Assembly: GCA_963822445.1 (NCBI GenBank) | Contig: CAWGHO010000002.1 | Span: forward strand, 352,001 to 416,000 | Direction: 5' to 3' | From: an uncultured Acidobacteriota bacterium | Lineage (GTDB): Bacteria > Acidobacteriota > Thermoanaerobaculia > Gp7-AA8 | Length of the DNA: 64,000 nt | Shown: piece by piece, positions 51,987-60,321 of the stretch | Numbering within the stretch: position 1 is the first letter of the stretch | Layout of the letters: every line of letters starts with the position of its first letter | Position numbers and translations under genes: made by a program | Notes under the pieces: model-generated | Told to the model about the DNA's origin: nothing | Seen by the model: the letters and a program-made list of their open reading frames with translations, nothing else | Databases searched by the model: none

Positions 51987-51995
51987 GGTCCGCGC

Positions 51996-52028
51996 AAAAA
52001 AAAAGGCAGGCGCGAGGCCTGCCTTTTG
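51996..52028 (-). terminator. Rho-independent terminator of the bacilliredoxin gene
   Basis: AAAAGGCAGGC..GCCTGCCTTTT with long T tract. Confidence 0.8.
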
Positions 52029-52046
52029 CCGAGACAACTGGGTTGC

Positions 52047-52481
52047 TTACTGCACCGAAACCGGCTTCTGGCAATGCTCCTTGAACGCGGTCGTCAGCTC
52101 GGCGGCGATGTCGTGCGCGGCACGGCCTTCGATGTTCCAGCGCTCGAACATCTTCACCACCTGGCCGTCCTTCAGCAGGGCGATCGAGGGCGAAGACGGC
52201 CTGAAGCCGACAAAGTACTCACGCGCGCGGGCAGTGGCGTCGCGGTCATTGCCCGCGAACACGGTGATCATTTTGTCGGGCAGACAGTCGCTCTCGAGCG
52301 CCATCGCCACCGCGGGGCGGGCCATGCCGGCCGCACATCCGCAAACTGAGTTGACGACGACCAGAACGGTCCCCTTCTTCTCACCGAGAACGGCGTCGAC
52401 ATCGGCCGCCGTCCGCGCTTCCTGAATGCCGAGCCGAGTCAGCTCCTGCCGCATCGGTCCGACGATCATTTCGTCATACAT
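52047..52481 (-). CDS. BrxA/BrxB-family bacilliredoxin
   Basis: NSVCGCAAGMARP, TVFAG, PSSPSIALLKDG. Confidence 0.9.
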   Translation of the reverse strand: MYDEMIVGPMRQELTRLGIQEARTAADVDAVLGEKKGTVLVVVNSVCGCAAGMARPAVAMALESDCLPDKMITVFAGNDRDATARAREYFVGFRPSSPSIALLKDGQVVKMFERWNIEGRAAHDIAAELTTAFKEHCQKPVSVQ

Positions 52482-52552
52482 CTCAGAGTCCTCCGGCCGC
52501 GAATCATAGCAAGTCGCCGGATTGCCGCCCGAAAGGTCCGGCGACAACCCGG

Positions 52553-52584
52553 CTACTAATCACTAACGACTAACCACTAACGAC
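52553..52584. repeat. Second heptamer array (NNACTAA)n
   Basis: CTACTAA TCACTAA CGACTAA CCACTAA CGAC, same units as 11320-11351. Confidence 0.8.
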
Positions 52585-52585
52585 T

Positions 52586-54052
52586 TCAGTGCGCGTGTTT
52601 CGTGTCATCCACGTTCAGCGACTTCAGCATCGAGTTCAGCACGGCGCTGTACTGCGACGCCTCCTGCTCCGGGGTCACGAACACCAGGTACATCACGTGA
52701 CCGTCGGGCAGGGCCCGGGTGACGACCGAGACCCGCTCGTTGACGCGCGTGTTCGGGTTCGTCCCGCGAAGCGACGCCGCGTACGCGGTCTTGCCGTCGA
52801 TGGCGAGCTTCGCCCCGGAGTTCTGAAGCACCCTCAGGTGAGGACTGGACTGCATGATCTGGCCGACCAGATCGTTCGTCGCATCCTCGAGGGTGATCGA
52901 GCCGCTGCGCGTGTCTCGCAGATACGTCCCGCTGCGGTTTCCAAACGGGTCGTAGTGGTTGATCATCGCGCCGTAAACCACCTCGGTCTTGTTTCCGACG
53001 TTGCCGATGCCCCCTTCCGGAGCGAAGGTCACGCCGAATCCGCTCTCACCGTACACCCTCCAGTTCGACGGGTAGCCGATCTCGTAGGCGCCCGACTGCG
53101 GCCTGAACTTCCGCCACGAGCTCGAAGGCGCTTCGACCCGGCCGATGCTGCTGCTGCTCGTCATCGGAGGATCATTGGTCCGCGTCCCCTGCGCGATGGC
53201 AGTGGACGACGAGCCCGCGCTGCCGAAGCCGCGCAGACGCGACTGCACGCGCGCGAGCTGCTGGGTATTCTGCGTCGGTGAGGCCGGCTCGCGCAGGAGC
53301 TGGCGCTCCTTCTCGATGCGCGCGATGCGGTCAGGCGGCGCAGGGTGATGTGAAAGCCAGGTGGTCTTCTTCGCCGTGTCGACCTTCGCCAGCGTGTTGA
53401 AGAAGCTGACCATGTCCGCAGGCGTGTAGCCGCTCGCGGCCAGAATCTGCGCGCCGCGCACATCCGCCTGCGTCTCGAGCTCGCGGCTGAACTTCAGGAA
53501 CAGCGCGTTCAGTCCGACGCCGCCAACGGTGTTGAGAATCTGGGCGGTGCTCTGTCCGACCTTGCCGCCGAGGAGTCCGCCGAGAATCTGCAGGCCGGCG
53601 TTGGCGGCGTAGGCCTTCGAGGCCTGGTGCGTGCCGTGGCGAAGCGCGGAGTGCGCGATCTCGTGGGCGAGCACGCCCGCGATCTCACCCTCGTTCCGCG
53701 CGTTCTCGATGATGCCGCGGTTGAGATAGATGTAGCCGCCGGGCAACGCGAAGGCGTTGATGTCCGACTGGTTCACGACCTTGAAGCGATACTGAAATTT
53801 CGGGCCGCCCGCGTTGGCGGCGAGCTTCTGGCCGATGCTGTTGACGTACTGCTCGATGTCCCGGTCGTTGAGGATGGGAACCTGACGTTCGGCTTCCATC
53901 GCCGACTGCTGACCGATCTCGACATCCTGTTGCGGACTGAAAAGGTTCCAGCCCGGATTGATCTTCGTCTGCGCCTCGGCCACACCTGCCGCAAGGGTCA
54001 GGGCGACCATCAACGCGATCACCGGGCGCGCACGTAGCGCTGATCCGTTCAT
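52586..54052 (-). CDS. M48-family metallopeptidase with C-terminal extension
   Basis: INAFALPGG, AHEIAH, FSRELETQAD, SHHP. Confidence 0.92.
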   Translation of the reverse strand: MNGSALRARPVIALMVALTLAAGVAEAQTKINPGWNLFSPQQDVEIGQQSAMEAERQVPILNDRDIEQYVNSIGQKLAANAGGPKFQYRFKVVNQSDINAFALPGGYIYLNRGIIENARNEGEIAGVLAHEIAHSALRHGTHQASKAYAANAGLQILGGLLGGKVGQSTAQILNTVGGVGLNALFLKFSRELETQADVRGAQILAASGYTPADMVSFFNTLAKVDTAKKTTWLSHHPAPPDRIARIEKERQLLREPASPTQNTQQLARVQSRLRGFGSAGSSSTAIAQGTRTNDPPMTSSSSIGRVEAPSSSWRKFRPQSGAYEIGYPSNWRVYGESGFGVTFAPEGGIGNVGNKTEVVYGAMINHYDPFGNRSGTYLRDTRSGSITLEDATNDLVGQIMQSSPHLRVLQNSGAKLAIDGKTAYAASLRGTNPNTRVNERVSVVTRALPDGHVMYLVFVTPEQEASQYSAVLNSMLKSLNVDDTKHAH

Positions 54053-54148
54053 ATTGCCTCCTTCAAATAACTACCCTCCAGAGTGCACGGGCGGTGCCGG
54101 AGAGCGGAACGCGGCCCTCGGCACCGGATGTAATTGGAATGGCAGGAC

Positions 54149-55390
54149 TTAGCGGCGAACGGCGCGCTTCTTCATGAACATCGCCGTCAGCCGCTGGAGA
54201 TCGAGGGAGTCAATCAGTCCATCGGCGGTGACATCGCAGCCCCACGAGCCGGCGTGTGCACCATCCTGCGCACGGATCATGGGCTGGGAAGGTGCCTCGG
54301 CCAGCTCGCGCATGAGCGGCAGGACGTCCCGGCCATCCGCGAATCCATCCCCGTTGCAGTCGCCGCGCTGCGGCACGACCAGGCGGTGGATGGTGGACGT
54401 CGCCGGGAAGGACGCCGTCGCGAAGTAGATCTCTCCGTCCGGCGCTTCGGTGACGTCGATGATGAAGTCGTCGAAGTCGCTCACGATCGCGATCGGATCG
54501 GCGACCGGTCGCGTGTCGAGGTCGGGAAAGTAGAAGAGCGACTTGGCCACGAACGTCGCCAGCAGATAGCCGTGCTGCACGAGCGAGCCCGCGCCGCTCA
54601 TTCTGGCGAGACCGGTCGGAGCGACGGTGTGGGCGAAAACGTAATCGGGCTCGATCGCGCCGACCATCTGCGGCTCGTTGCCGAAGGTCTCCGGCCATCC
54701 GCAGTTCGCTCCCTGATCGATGACGTGAATCTCATCGCCGCCATCGGGACCGTTGTCCGCGACGACGATGCGATCGGACTCCGGATCCCAGGCGAGGTCG
54801 TACGGATTGCGAAGTCCCAGCGCGAACTGCGAAGTACGGCCGTCGGACTCGATGCGAAAGATCTTGCCGCCGTTCCAGTCCGGACGCTGCGCGGCAACGC
54901 GGCCGCCGTACTCGCCGATGCCGACGAAGATCGAGCCGTCCGGCGCGACGATGGGATTGCCGCCGTGATGTTCGGAGGAGACGCCGTTCAGCCGATTGAC
55001 GACGTCGCAGGGGAAGACCTGCAGGACGGTCTCGACACCGGTGACGAGATCTACGCGCGAGATCACGTCATCGAGAACTCGGCTCTTGTCCCACGTCGTG
55101 TAATGAACGACCGCCGTGCGATCGTCGATGAGGGCCATGCCCAGGAGGCCGGCGTTGCCGCCGGACTTGGTCGGCAGCGCGGCGATCTGCACGCTTCCGC
55201 CGTCCTCGAGCCGGTGGATCCAGCCGTCGGTGGTCGTGAAGTAGATGGTGTTCTTCGAGTCGACGACGATCGAGCTGACGAAGCCCGGGGCCGTGCCGAG
55301 GGTCTCAGCGCGGAAACCGGGCAGCATCTGGCCGCTTGCGAAAGGGGCCGTGAGAAGGAGGAGTACGAGAACCGGGCTGAGGCGCTTCAT
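54149..55390 (-). CDS. PQQ-dependent sugar dehydrogenase (GSDH) with dockerin-like C-terminal module
   Basis: GLLGMA, HHGG, GLRNPY, DEI..GANCGWP; GDCNGDG..D and DVTADG..D. Confidence 0.85.
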   Translation of the reverse strand: MKRLSPVLVLLLLTAPFASGQMLPGFRAETLGTAPGFVSSIVVDSKNTIYFTTTDGWIHRLEDGGSVQIAALPTKSGGNAGLLGMALIDDRTAVVHYTTWDKSRVLDDVISRVDLVTGVETVLQVFPCDVVNRLNGVSSEHHGGNPIVAPDGSIFVGIGEYGGRVAAQRPDWNGGKIFRIESDGRTSQFALGLRNPYDLAWDPESDRIVVADNGPDGGDEIHVIDQGANCGWPETFGNEPQMVGAIEPDYVFAHTVAPTGLARMSGAGSLVQHGYLLATFVAKSLFYFPDLDTRPVADPIAIVSDFDDFIIDVTEAPDGEIYFATASFPATSTIHRLVVPQRGDCNGDGFADGRDVLPLMRELAEAPSQPMIRAQDGAHAGSWGCDVTADGLIDSLDLQRLTAMFMKKRAVRR

Positions 55391-55430
55391 CCGTTGGCCG
55401 CACTTTAAGAAAGATTCACGCCAGCCGGCA

Positions 55431-55459
55431 CGAAACCTCTCGCAATCCTCTGCATCGAA
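55431..55459 (+). promoter_or_regulatory. Candidate ECF promoter CGAAACC-N14-GCATCGAA
   Basis: Heads the YHS/ECF/anti-sigma genes; same boxes as upstream of msrAB. Confidence 0.55.
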
Positions 55460-55465
55460 ACCATC

Positions 55466-55897
55466 ATGCGTTTCCTCACCCTCACCTTTCTGCTCCTCAC
55501 CGTGCCCGTCTTCGCCATCGATCCGGTCTTCGAAACGGACGGCGTGGCCATCGGCGGCTACGACGCCGTCGCGTATTTCACCGACGCGAAGGCGGTCGAG
55601 GGCACGAAACAGCACTCGTTCGACTGGTACGGCACGACCTGGCAGTTCGTCTCGGAAGCCAATCGTGCCGCCTTCGCCAAAGATCCGAAAAAGTACGCGC
55701 CGCAGTACGGCGGCTACTGCGCGTTCGGCGTGAGCCGCGGTTACGCGGTGAGAGTCGACCCGACGGCCTGGAAGGTGGTCGACGGAAAGCTCTACCTCAA
55801 TTACAACCACGACGTGCAGGCCGAATGGGCGAAGGACATCGCCGGCCATATCCAGAAGGCCGACGCGAACTGGCCGAAGGTCCTCGAAGCGAAGTAG
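55466..55897 (+). CDS. Secreted YHS-domain protein
   Basis: GYDAVAYF, PQYGGYCAFG, DGKLYLN, ADANW. Confidence 0.9.
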   Translation: MRFLTLTFLLLTVPVFAIDPVFETDGVAIGGYDAVAYFTDAKAVEGTKQHSFDWYGTTWQFVSEANRAAFAKDPKKYAPQYGGYCAFGVSRGYAVRVDPTAWKVVDGKLYLNYNHDVQAEWAKDIAGHIQKADANWPKVLEAK

Positions 55898-55922
55898 GGC
55901 TCGTGCTGCGGCGCAGGCGATA

Positions 55923-56525
55923 ATGGCCGCGATCCCCATGGTCAGTCTCGACAGCGACGCGGCACTCGTGGCCGGTCTGCAAGCCGGCGACGCGCAGGCG
56001 TTCGAGAAACTGATCGGCCTCCACGGCCCCCCGCTCCTCCGCCTGGCCCGCCGCATCCTCGGCAACGAAGAAGACGCCCGCGACGCATTCCAGGACGCCA
56101 TGCTCGCCGTGCATCGATCGATCGGGTCGTTCGAAGGACAGGCCATGCTCTCCACGTGGCTGCACCGGATCGTGGTCAACGCCTGTCTGATGCGGTTGCG
56201 CGCGAAACGGCGGCGCCCCGAGGAAAGCGACATCGAGACGCTGCTGCCGACGTTCATCGAGGATGGACATCAGACCGAGCCGAACACCGCCTGGACCGAG
56301 CCGGCCGACGCGATCATCGAGCGCGAGGAGACCCGGGCCATGGTCCGCGACTGCATCGCCCGGCTTCCCGACGCTTACCGTATCGTTTTGCACTTGCGCG
56401 ACATCGAAGAGAAGAGCACCGAGGAGACCGCGGGGATTCTGGGGATCACCAGGAACGCGGTGAAGATCCGGTTGCACCGCGCGCGGCAGGCGCTGCGCAC
56501 GCTGCTGGACAGGCACATGAGATGA
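55923..56525 (+). CDS. ECF RNA polymerase sigma factor
   Basis: DARDAFQDA, LSTWLHRIVVN, AVKIRLHRAR. Confidence 0.93.
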   Translation: MAAIPMVSLDSDAALVAGLQAGDAQAFEKLIGLHGPPLLRLARRILGNEEDARDAFQDAMLAVHRSIGSFEGQAMLSTWLHRIVVNACLMRLRAKRRRPEESDIETLLPTFIEDGHQTEPNTAWTEPADAIIEREETRAMVRDCIARLPDAYRIVLHLRDIEEKSTEETAGILGITRNAVKIRLHRARQALRTLLDRHMR

Positions 56526-56752
56526 GCTACATCACCTGCAAAGAGCTGATCGACTTCCTCGACGACTACGTCGCGGACGACCTGCCGCCCTCGCGGCGTC
56601 ACGAGTTCGAGCGCCATCTCAAAGTCTGCCCCTCGTGCGTCGCGTACGTGAAGAGCTACCGCGACACCATCCAGATGGCGCGGCACGCATACGCCGATCC
56701 GGCGGAGATTCCGCCGGAGCTCCTCACCACGTTACTGCGTCTGATCACGTAA
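56522..56752 (+). CDS. Zinc-finger (zf-HC2/ZAS) anti-sigma factor
   Basis: C..HLKVCPSC; ATGA overlap with the sigma gene. Confidence 0.88.
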   Translation: MSYITCKELIDFLDDYVADDLPPSRRHEFERHLKVCPSCVAYVKSYRDTIQMARHAYADPAEIPPELLTTLLRLIT

Positions 56753-59674
56753 CTGCTCCATGTGAACCCGCTTCACGGCGATGCCGGCCAGCGAAGGGTC
56801 GGTATAGCCGCCGCTGGTCAGGCCAAGGGCCGCGCGGGCTGCGTCGAGCTGGGAACGCAGCTCGGTGAAGTGCACGGCCTTGATGATCACGCCGGCGAGC
56901 GCCGGATCGTCGTAAGCCGCCGGCGGAAGGCCGGCCAGATGGCGAACCGCATTCACCGCACCGCGCAGCTCCGCGAGATGCAGCGCTTTGACGTGTACCA
57001 CGCCGATCGGCGCATCGGCGAAGAAGACAGTGGTCGCGAGATCGGATCCGCTGTTGCCGGAGACCCCAAGGTCGTTCACTGCGCGCACGCGGTACACGTA
57101 GGAGGTGTCCGGGGCGACGGTGGTGTCCGAATACGAATTCGTCGGAGACGTACCGATCTGAATGAACCCGGTACCCGGCGACCGCCGATCGATCTGATAC
57201 GACGACGCGCCGGAGGCCGCGGTCCAGGTCAGATCGATGCGCGTCGTGGTGACCGCACCGGCGCTCAGCCCGGTCGGGATGCCCGGAGGCGCGGCCTGAT
57301 AGGTGTACCCGTTGATGATCGAGTCCGTGCCACCCGCGGTCTGCACGATCACCGTCACCGCTCCCGCCGCGTGCGCCGGCGTGAGCACGTCAATGGAAGT
57401 CGGCGTGTTGCCGGTGATGGTCGCCGGAACGCCTCCGAAGGTGACCGAGACCGCGCCGGCGAGATACGTTCCGCTGATGGTCACGCTCTGGCCGCCGGCC
57501 TGCGGTCCTGCATTCGGCAGGATCGTCGTCGCCGAAGCGCACTCGGACGTGTTGTAAACCACCGAAACCTGCGCCGTTTCGGCCACCACCAGATCCTGCG
57601 CGCCGTCTTCGTCGAAGTCCGCAGCGGCAACTCCGAACGAAGTGTTGCTGAACCCGAAACTGGTGAGATATTCGCCGTCGAACGTTCCGTCGCCGTTGCC
57701 CGGAAGAAAGAACAGGTTCGGGTAGAAGGTCAGGTTGTGATCCTCGGCGACCGCGAGATCGAGGAACCCGTCGCCGTTCAGATCCGCCGCGACGAGGTCG
57801 TTCAGTTCGTCGTACTCATCGAAGCCGACTTCGTAGTTGACGGCCGCGGCGAACGTTCCGCTGCCGCTGCCGATGAAGATCGACACGTTGTACGAGTAGC
57901 GGTTGCTGACGGCCAGGTCGAGGTCTCCGTCATCATCGAAGTCGGCGGCGGTGACTCTCGCCGGAGTGTCGCCCGCGGTGTAGGGCACGTGCGCGCCGAA
58001 CGCACCATTGCCGGGGTTGATCAGCACGGCCAGACCGCTCTCCGTGGCCGCGGCGATGTCGGAGATCTGGTCACCGTTGAAGTCGCCGGCAGCGAGGCCT
58101 TGCACGTAACCGCCTACGCCGAAGTTGACGACGGCGTCGAAGGTGCCGTCGCCGTTGCCGGTCAGAACACCGACGCTGCTGGCGAAGTAGTTCGCGACCA
58201 CGAGGTCCTGTAGGCCGTCGTCATTGAAATCGCCGGCCGCCAGGTCGCGAACGTCGCTCAGCGTGGTGAAGCTGGTCGCGCTGCCGAACGTCCCGTCACC
58301 GACGCCGAGGAAGATCCGCACGCTGCTGTAGCTCGCGGCGGCGAGATCGAGGATCTGATCGTTGTTGAAGTACCCCGCGACCACGTCGCTGATGAACGTG
58401 CCGCTGTCGTACGTGACGATGGGCTCGAATGCACCGTCGCCGCGGCCCAGGAGCACCTGCAGGTCGCCCGCAGCGACGGCGATGTCCTGATGCCCGTCGT
58501 TGTCGAAGTCGTTCGTGGTCACGTCGTTCACGGGCGACCCGACGGCGTAGTGCGCTGCGAGGAGACCATCGCCCAGGCCGTAGAGCATGGTCACCTCGTA
58601 GAGAGTCGCACCGGTCACCGCGACGTCGACGAATCCGTTTTCATCGACGTCGGCGATGGCGATCCCGCTGGGGTTCTGGCCGGCGCCGTAGGTGGTCGTA
58701 TCGGTGAAGGTGCCGTCGCTCTCGCCAAGAAGGACGCTGATCGTGTTGTCGGCGCGATTGGCGGCGAGGAGGTCCAGCCGTCCATCGCCGTTGATGTCGC
58801 CCGCCGTGAGGAAACCAGGATTGTCGCCGACGGGATACGTGACGGCGGGGTCGAAGGTGCCGTCGCCGTTGCTGATGCGGATGGCGACGCTGTCGGATCC
58901 ACTGACGGTTGCGGCGATGTCGAAATCGCCGTCGCCGTTGAAGTCGCCCGTGGCCACGCCGGCCGCGTTCCCGCCCGTGGTCACCGCGACCGCGGCGGCG
59001 AGCGTCCCACTGCCGTTGTTCAACAGCACCGAGACTGCATCGCTGACCGAGCTGCCGACCACGACGTCACGATCGCCGTCGCCGTCGACGTCGCCGATGG
59101 CCACGGAGCCGGGAGTGGGGCCGACGGCGTAACTCACGCCCGCCGCGAATACGCCGCTGCCGTTGTTGATGAGGATGGAGACGGTACTGGTGTTCTCGTT
59201 CGCCACGGCGAGATCGGCCCTGCCGTCGCCGGTGAGGTCCCCCGCGGCGAGCGCGCGAGGTGAGTCGGACGTGATGGAGACCGGCGTACCTAGGGTGCCG
59301 AAGCCGTTGTTCAGCTTGACCGTGACGGCGTCCTGGATGAGCGCGCCGCCGGCGAGGTCCACGACGCCGTCTCCGTTGAAGTCGGCCAGGACGACGGAGG
59401 TAGGCTGGGTGCCGATGTAGTGATCGGAGGGCGGCGCGAGAAAGAGGCCGCCGCCGGTGTTGCGGAGAATGGTGATCTCGCTCGAGTTCGCGACCGCCAG
59501 ATCGGGCCTGCCGTCGTCGTTCACGTCGCCCGCGGAGACGGCCACGGGATTGCTACCCGCGTCGAACTTCTTCGCCGCGATGAAGTCCGTGCAGAACTGC
59601 GCGGCGGCGCCCCTCGCGAACAGGATGAACATCGTCAACGCGAGGTAACGGCAATCGAGTTTTCCGAAACGCAT
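56732..59674 (-). CDS. FG-GAP/VCBS repeat protein with IPT/TIG, Fn3 and a C-terminal helical repeat module
   Basis: Many ADFNGDG.DLAV repeats; GPQAGGQSVTISG; YVYRVRAVN; three K..H..(E/Q)LR repeats. Confidence 0.88.
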   Translation of the reverse strand: MRFGKLDCRYLALTMFILFARGAAAQFCTDFIAAKKFDAGSNPVAVSAGDVNDDGRPDLAVANSSEITILRNTGGGLFLAPPSDHYIGTQPTSVVLADFNGDGVVDLAGGALIQDAVTVKLNNGFGTLGTPVSITSDSPRALAAGDLTGDGRADLAVANENTSTVSILINNGSGVFAAGVSYAVGPTPGSVAIGDVDGDGDRDVVVGSSVSDAVSVLLNNGSGTLAAAVAVTTGGNAAGVATGDFNGDGDFDIAATVSGSDSVAIRISNGDGTFDPAVTYPVGDNPGFLTAGDINGDGRLDLLAANRADNTISVLLGESDGTFTDTTTYGAGQNPSGIAIADVDENGFVDVAVTGATLYEVTMLYGLGDGLLAAHYAVGSPVNDVTTNDFDNDGHQDIAVAAGDLQVLLGRGDGAFEPIVTYDSGTFISDVVAGYFNNDQILDLAAASYSSVRIFLGVGDGTFGSATSFTTLSDVRDLAAGDFNDDGLQDLVVANYFASSVGVLTGNGDGTFDAVVNFGVGGYVQGLAAGDFNGDQISDIAAATESGLAVLINPGNGAFGAHVPYTAGDTPARVTAADFDDDGDLDLAVSNRYSYNVSIFIGSGSGTFAAAVNYEVGFDEYDELNDLVAADLNGDGFLDLAVAEDHNLTFYPNLFFLPGNGDGTFDGEYLTSFGFSNTSFGVAAADFDEDGAQDLVVAETAQVSVVYNTSECASATTILPNAGPQAGGQSVTISGTYLAGAVSVTFGGVPATITGNTPTSIDVLTPAHAAGAVTVIVQTAGGTDSIINGYTYQAAPPGIPTGLSAGAVTTTRIDLTWTAASGASSYQIDRRSPGTGFIQIGTSPTNSYSDTTVAPDTSYVYRVRAVNDLGVSGNSGSDLATTVFFADAPIGVVHVKALHLAELRGAVNAVRHLAGLPPAAYDDPALAGVIIKAVHFTELRSQLDAARAALGLTSGGYTDPSLAGIAVKRVHMEQLRDQTQ

Positions 59675-59811
59675 TCGGCCTCCAGGTACGGGGTCCCGTT
59701 TGTATGGATTTGTCGGTCGGACCGCCGGGCAGATTAGCGGGTTCGGAGGAGGTAGGCAACGGCCGAGCGGAACCGGAATAGGAAGGGATGGAGGCAGGTT
59801 CTTGAGTGTCC

Positions 59812-59840
59812 TTGACGGGGAGAGGAGCGGTGGAGATAAT
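59812..59840 (+). promoter_or_regulatory. Sigma70-type tRNA promoter
   Basis: TTGACG-N17-GATAAT. Confidence 0.65.
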
Positions 59841-59869
59841 CCCGCCTCTTCGCAGTCAACCAACCTTGT

Positions 59870-59946
<77 letters not shown>

Positions 59947-60321
59947 ATGCTAAATACCTGAATGGCCGGCACTTACGCCGGCCACTTGCGTTTTCACAAG
60001 AAACCCTGATTAAGGGATTCTTGTGACCTGAGTTTACGCAACCGCTCTCCGCTCCGAATCAGGGCTTCGAAAGTCAGTGATTTACGACACCCCGATCGAC
60101 GGTCAGCCGCGCTGCTTGTGGCTAAACCCAAAGGTCGGTATTCACCTCACCCGCGATGCGCCTTCAAACTCGAATTGACCCAAGGGTTGAGGATTCAACT
60201 ACTCCTCTCACCTCGGCAGTCAACGCCTGGCACGGGTCGCTCACCGTCCTTCCGGCAGTCGGCTGGAACGGCAGCGTCGCTTGAATCGGTCGATTTCTCG
60301 CTCCGAGGCTCGCTTGATGTC

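Noticed and set aside
55466-55897. YHS protein as a selenoprotein
   Set aside because: The motif has a Cys codon (GGYC); no in-frame TGA.
54149-56257. 702-aa ORF as a fusion protein
   Set aside because: The upstream part is antisense to the YHS and ECF genes. The signal peptide begins at 55390.
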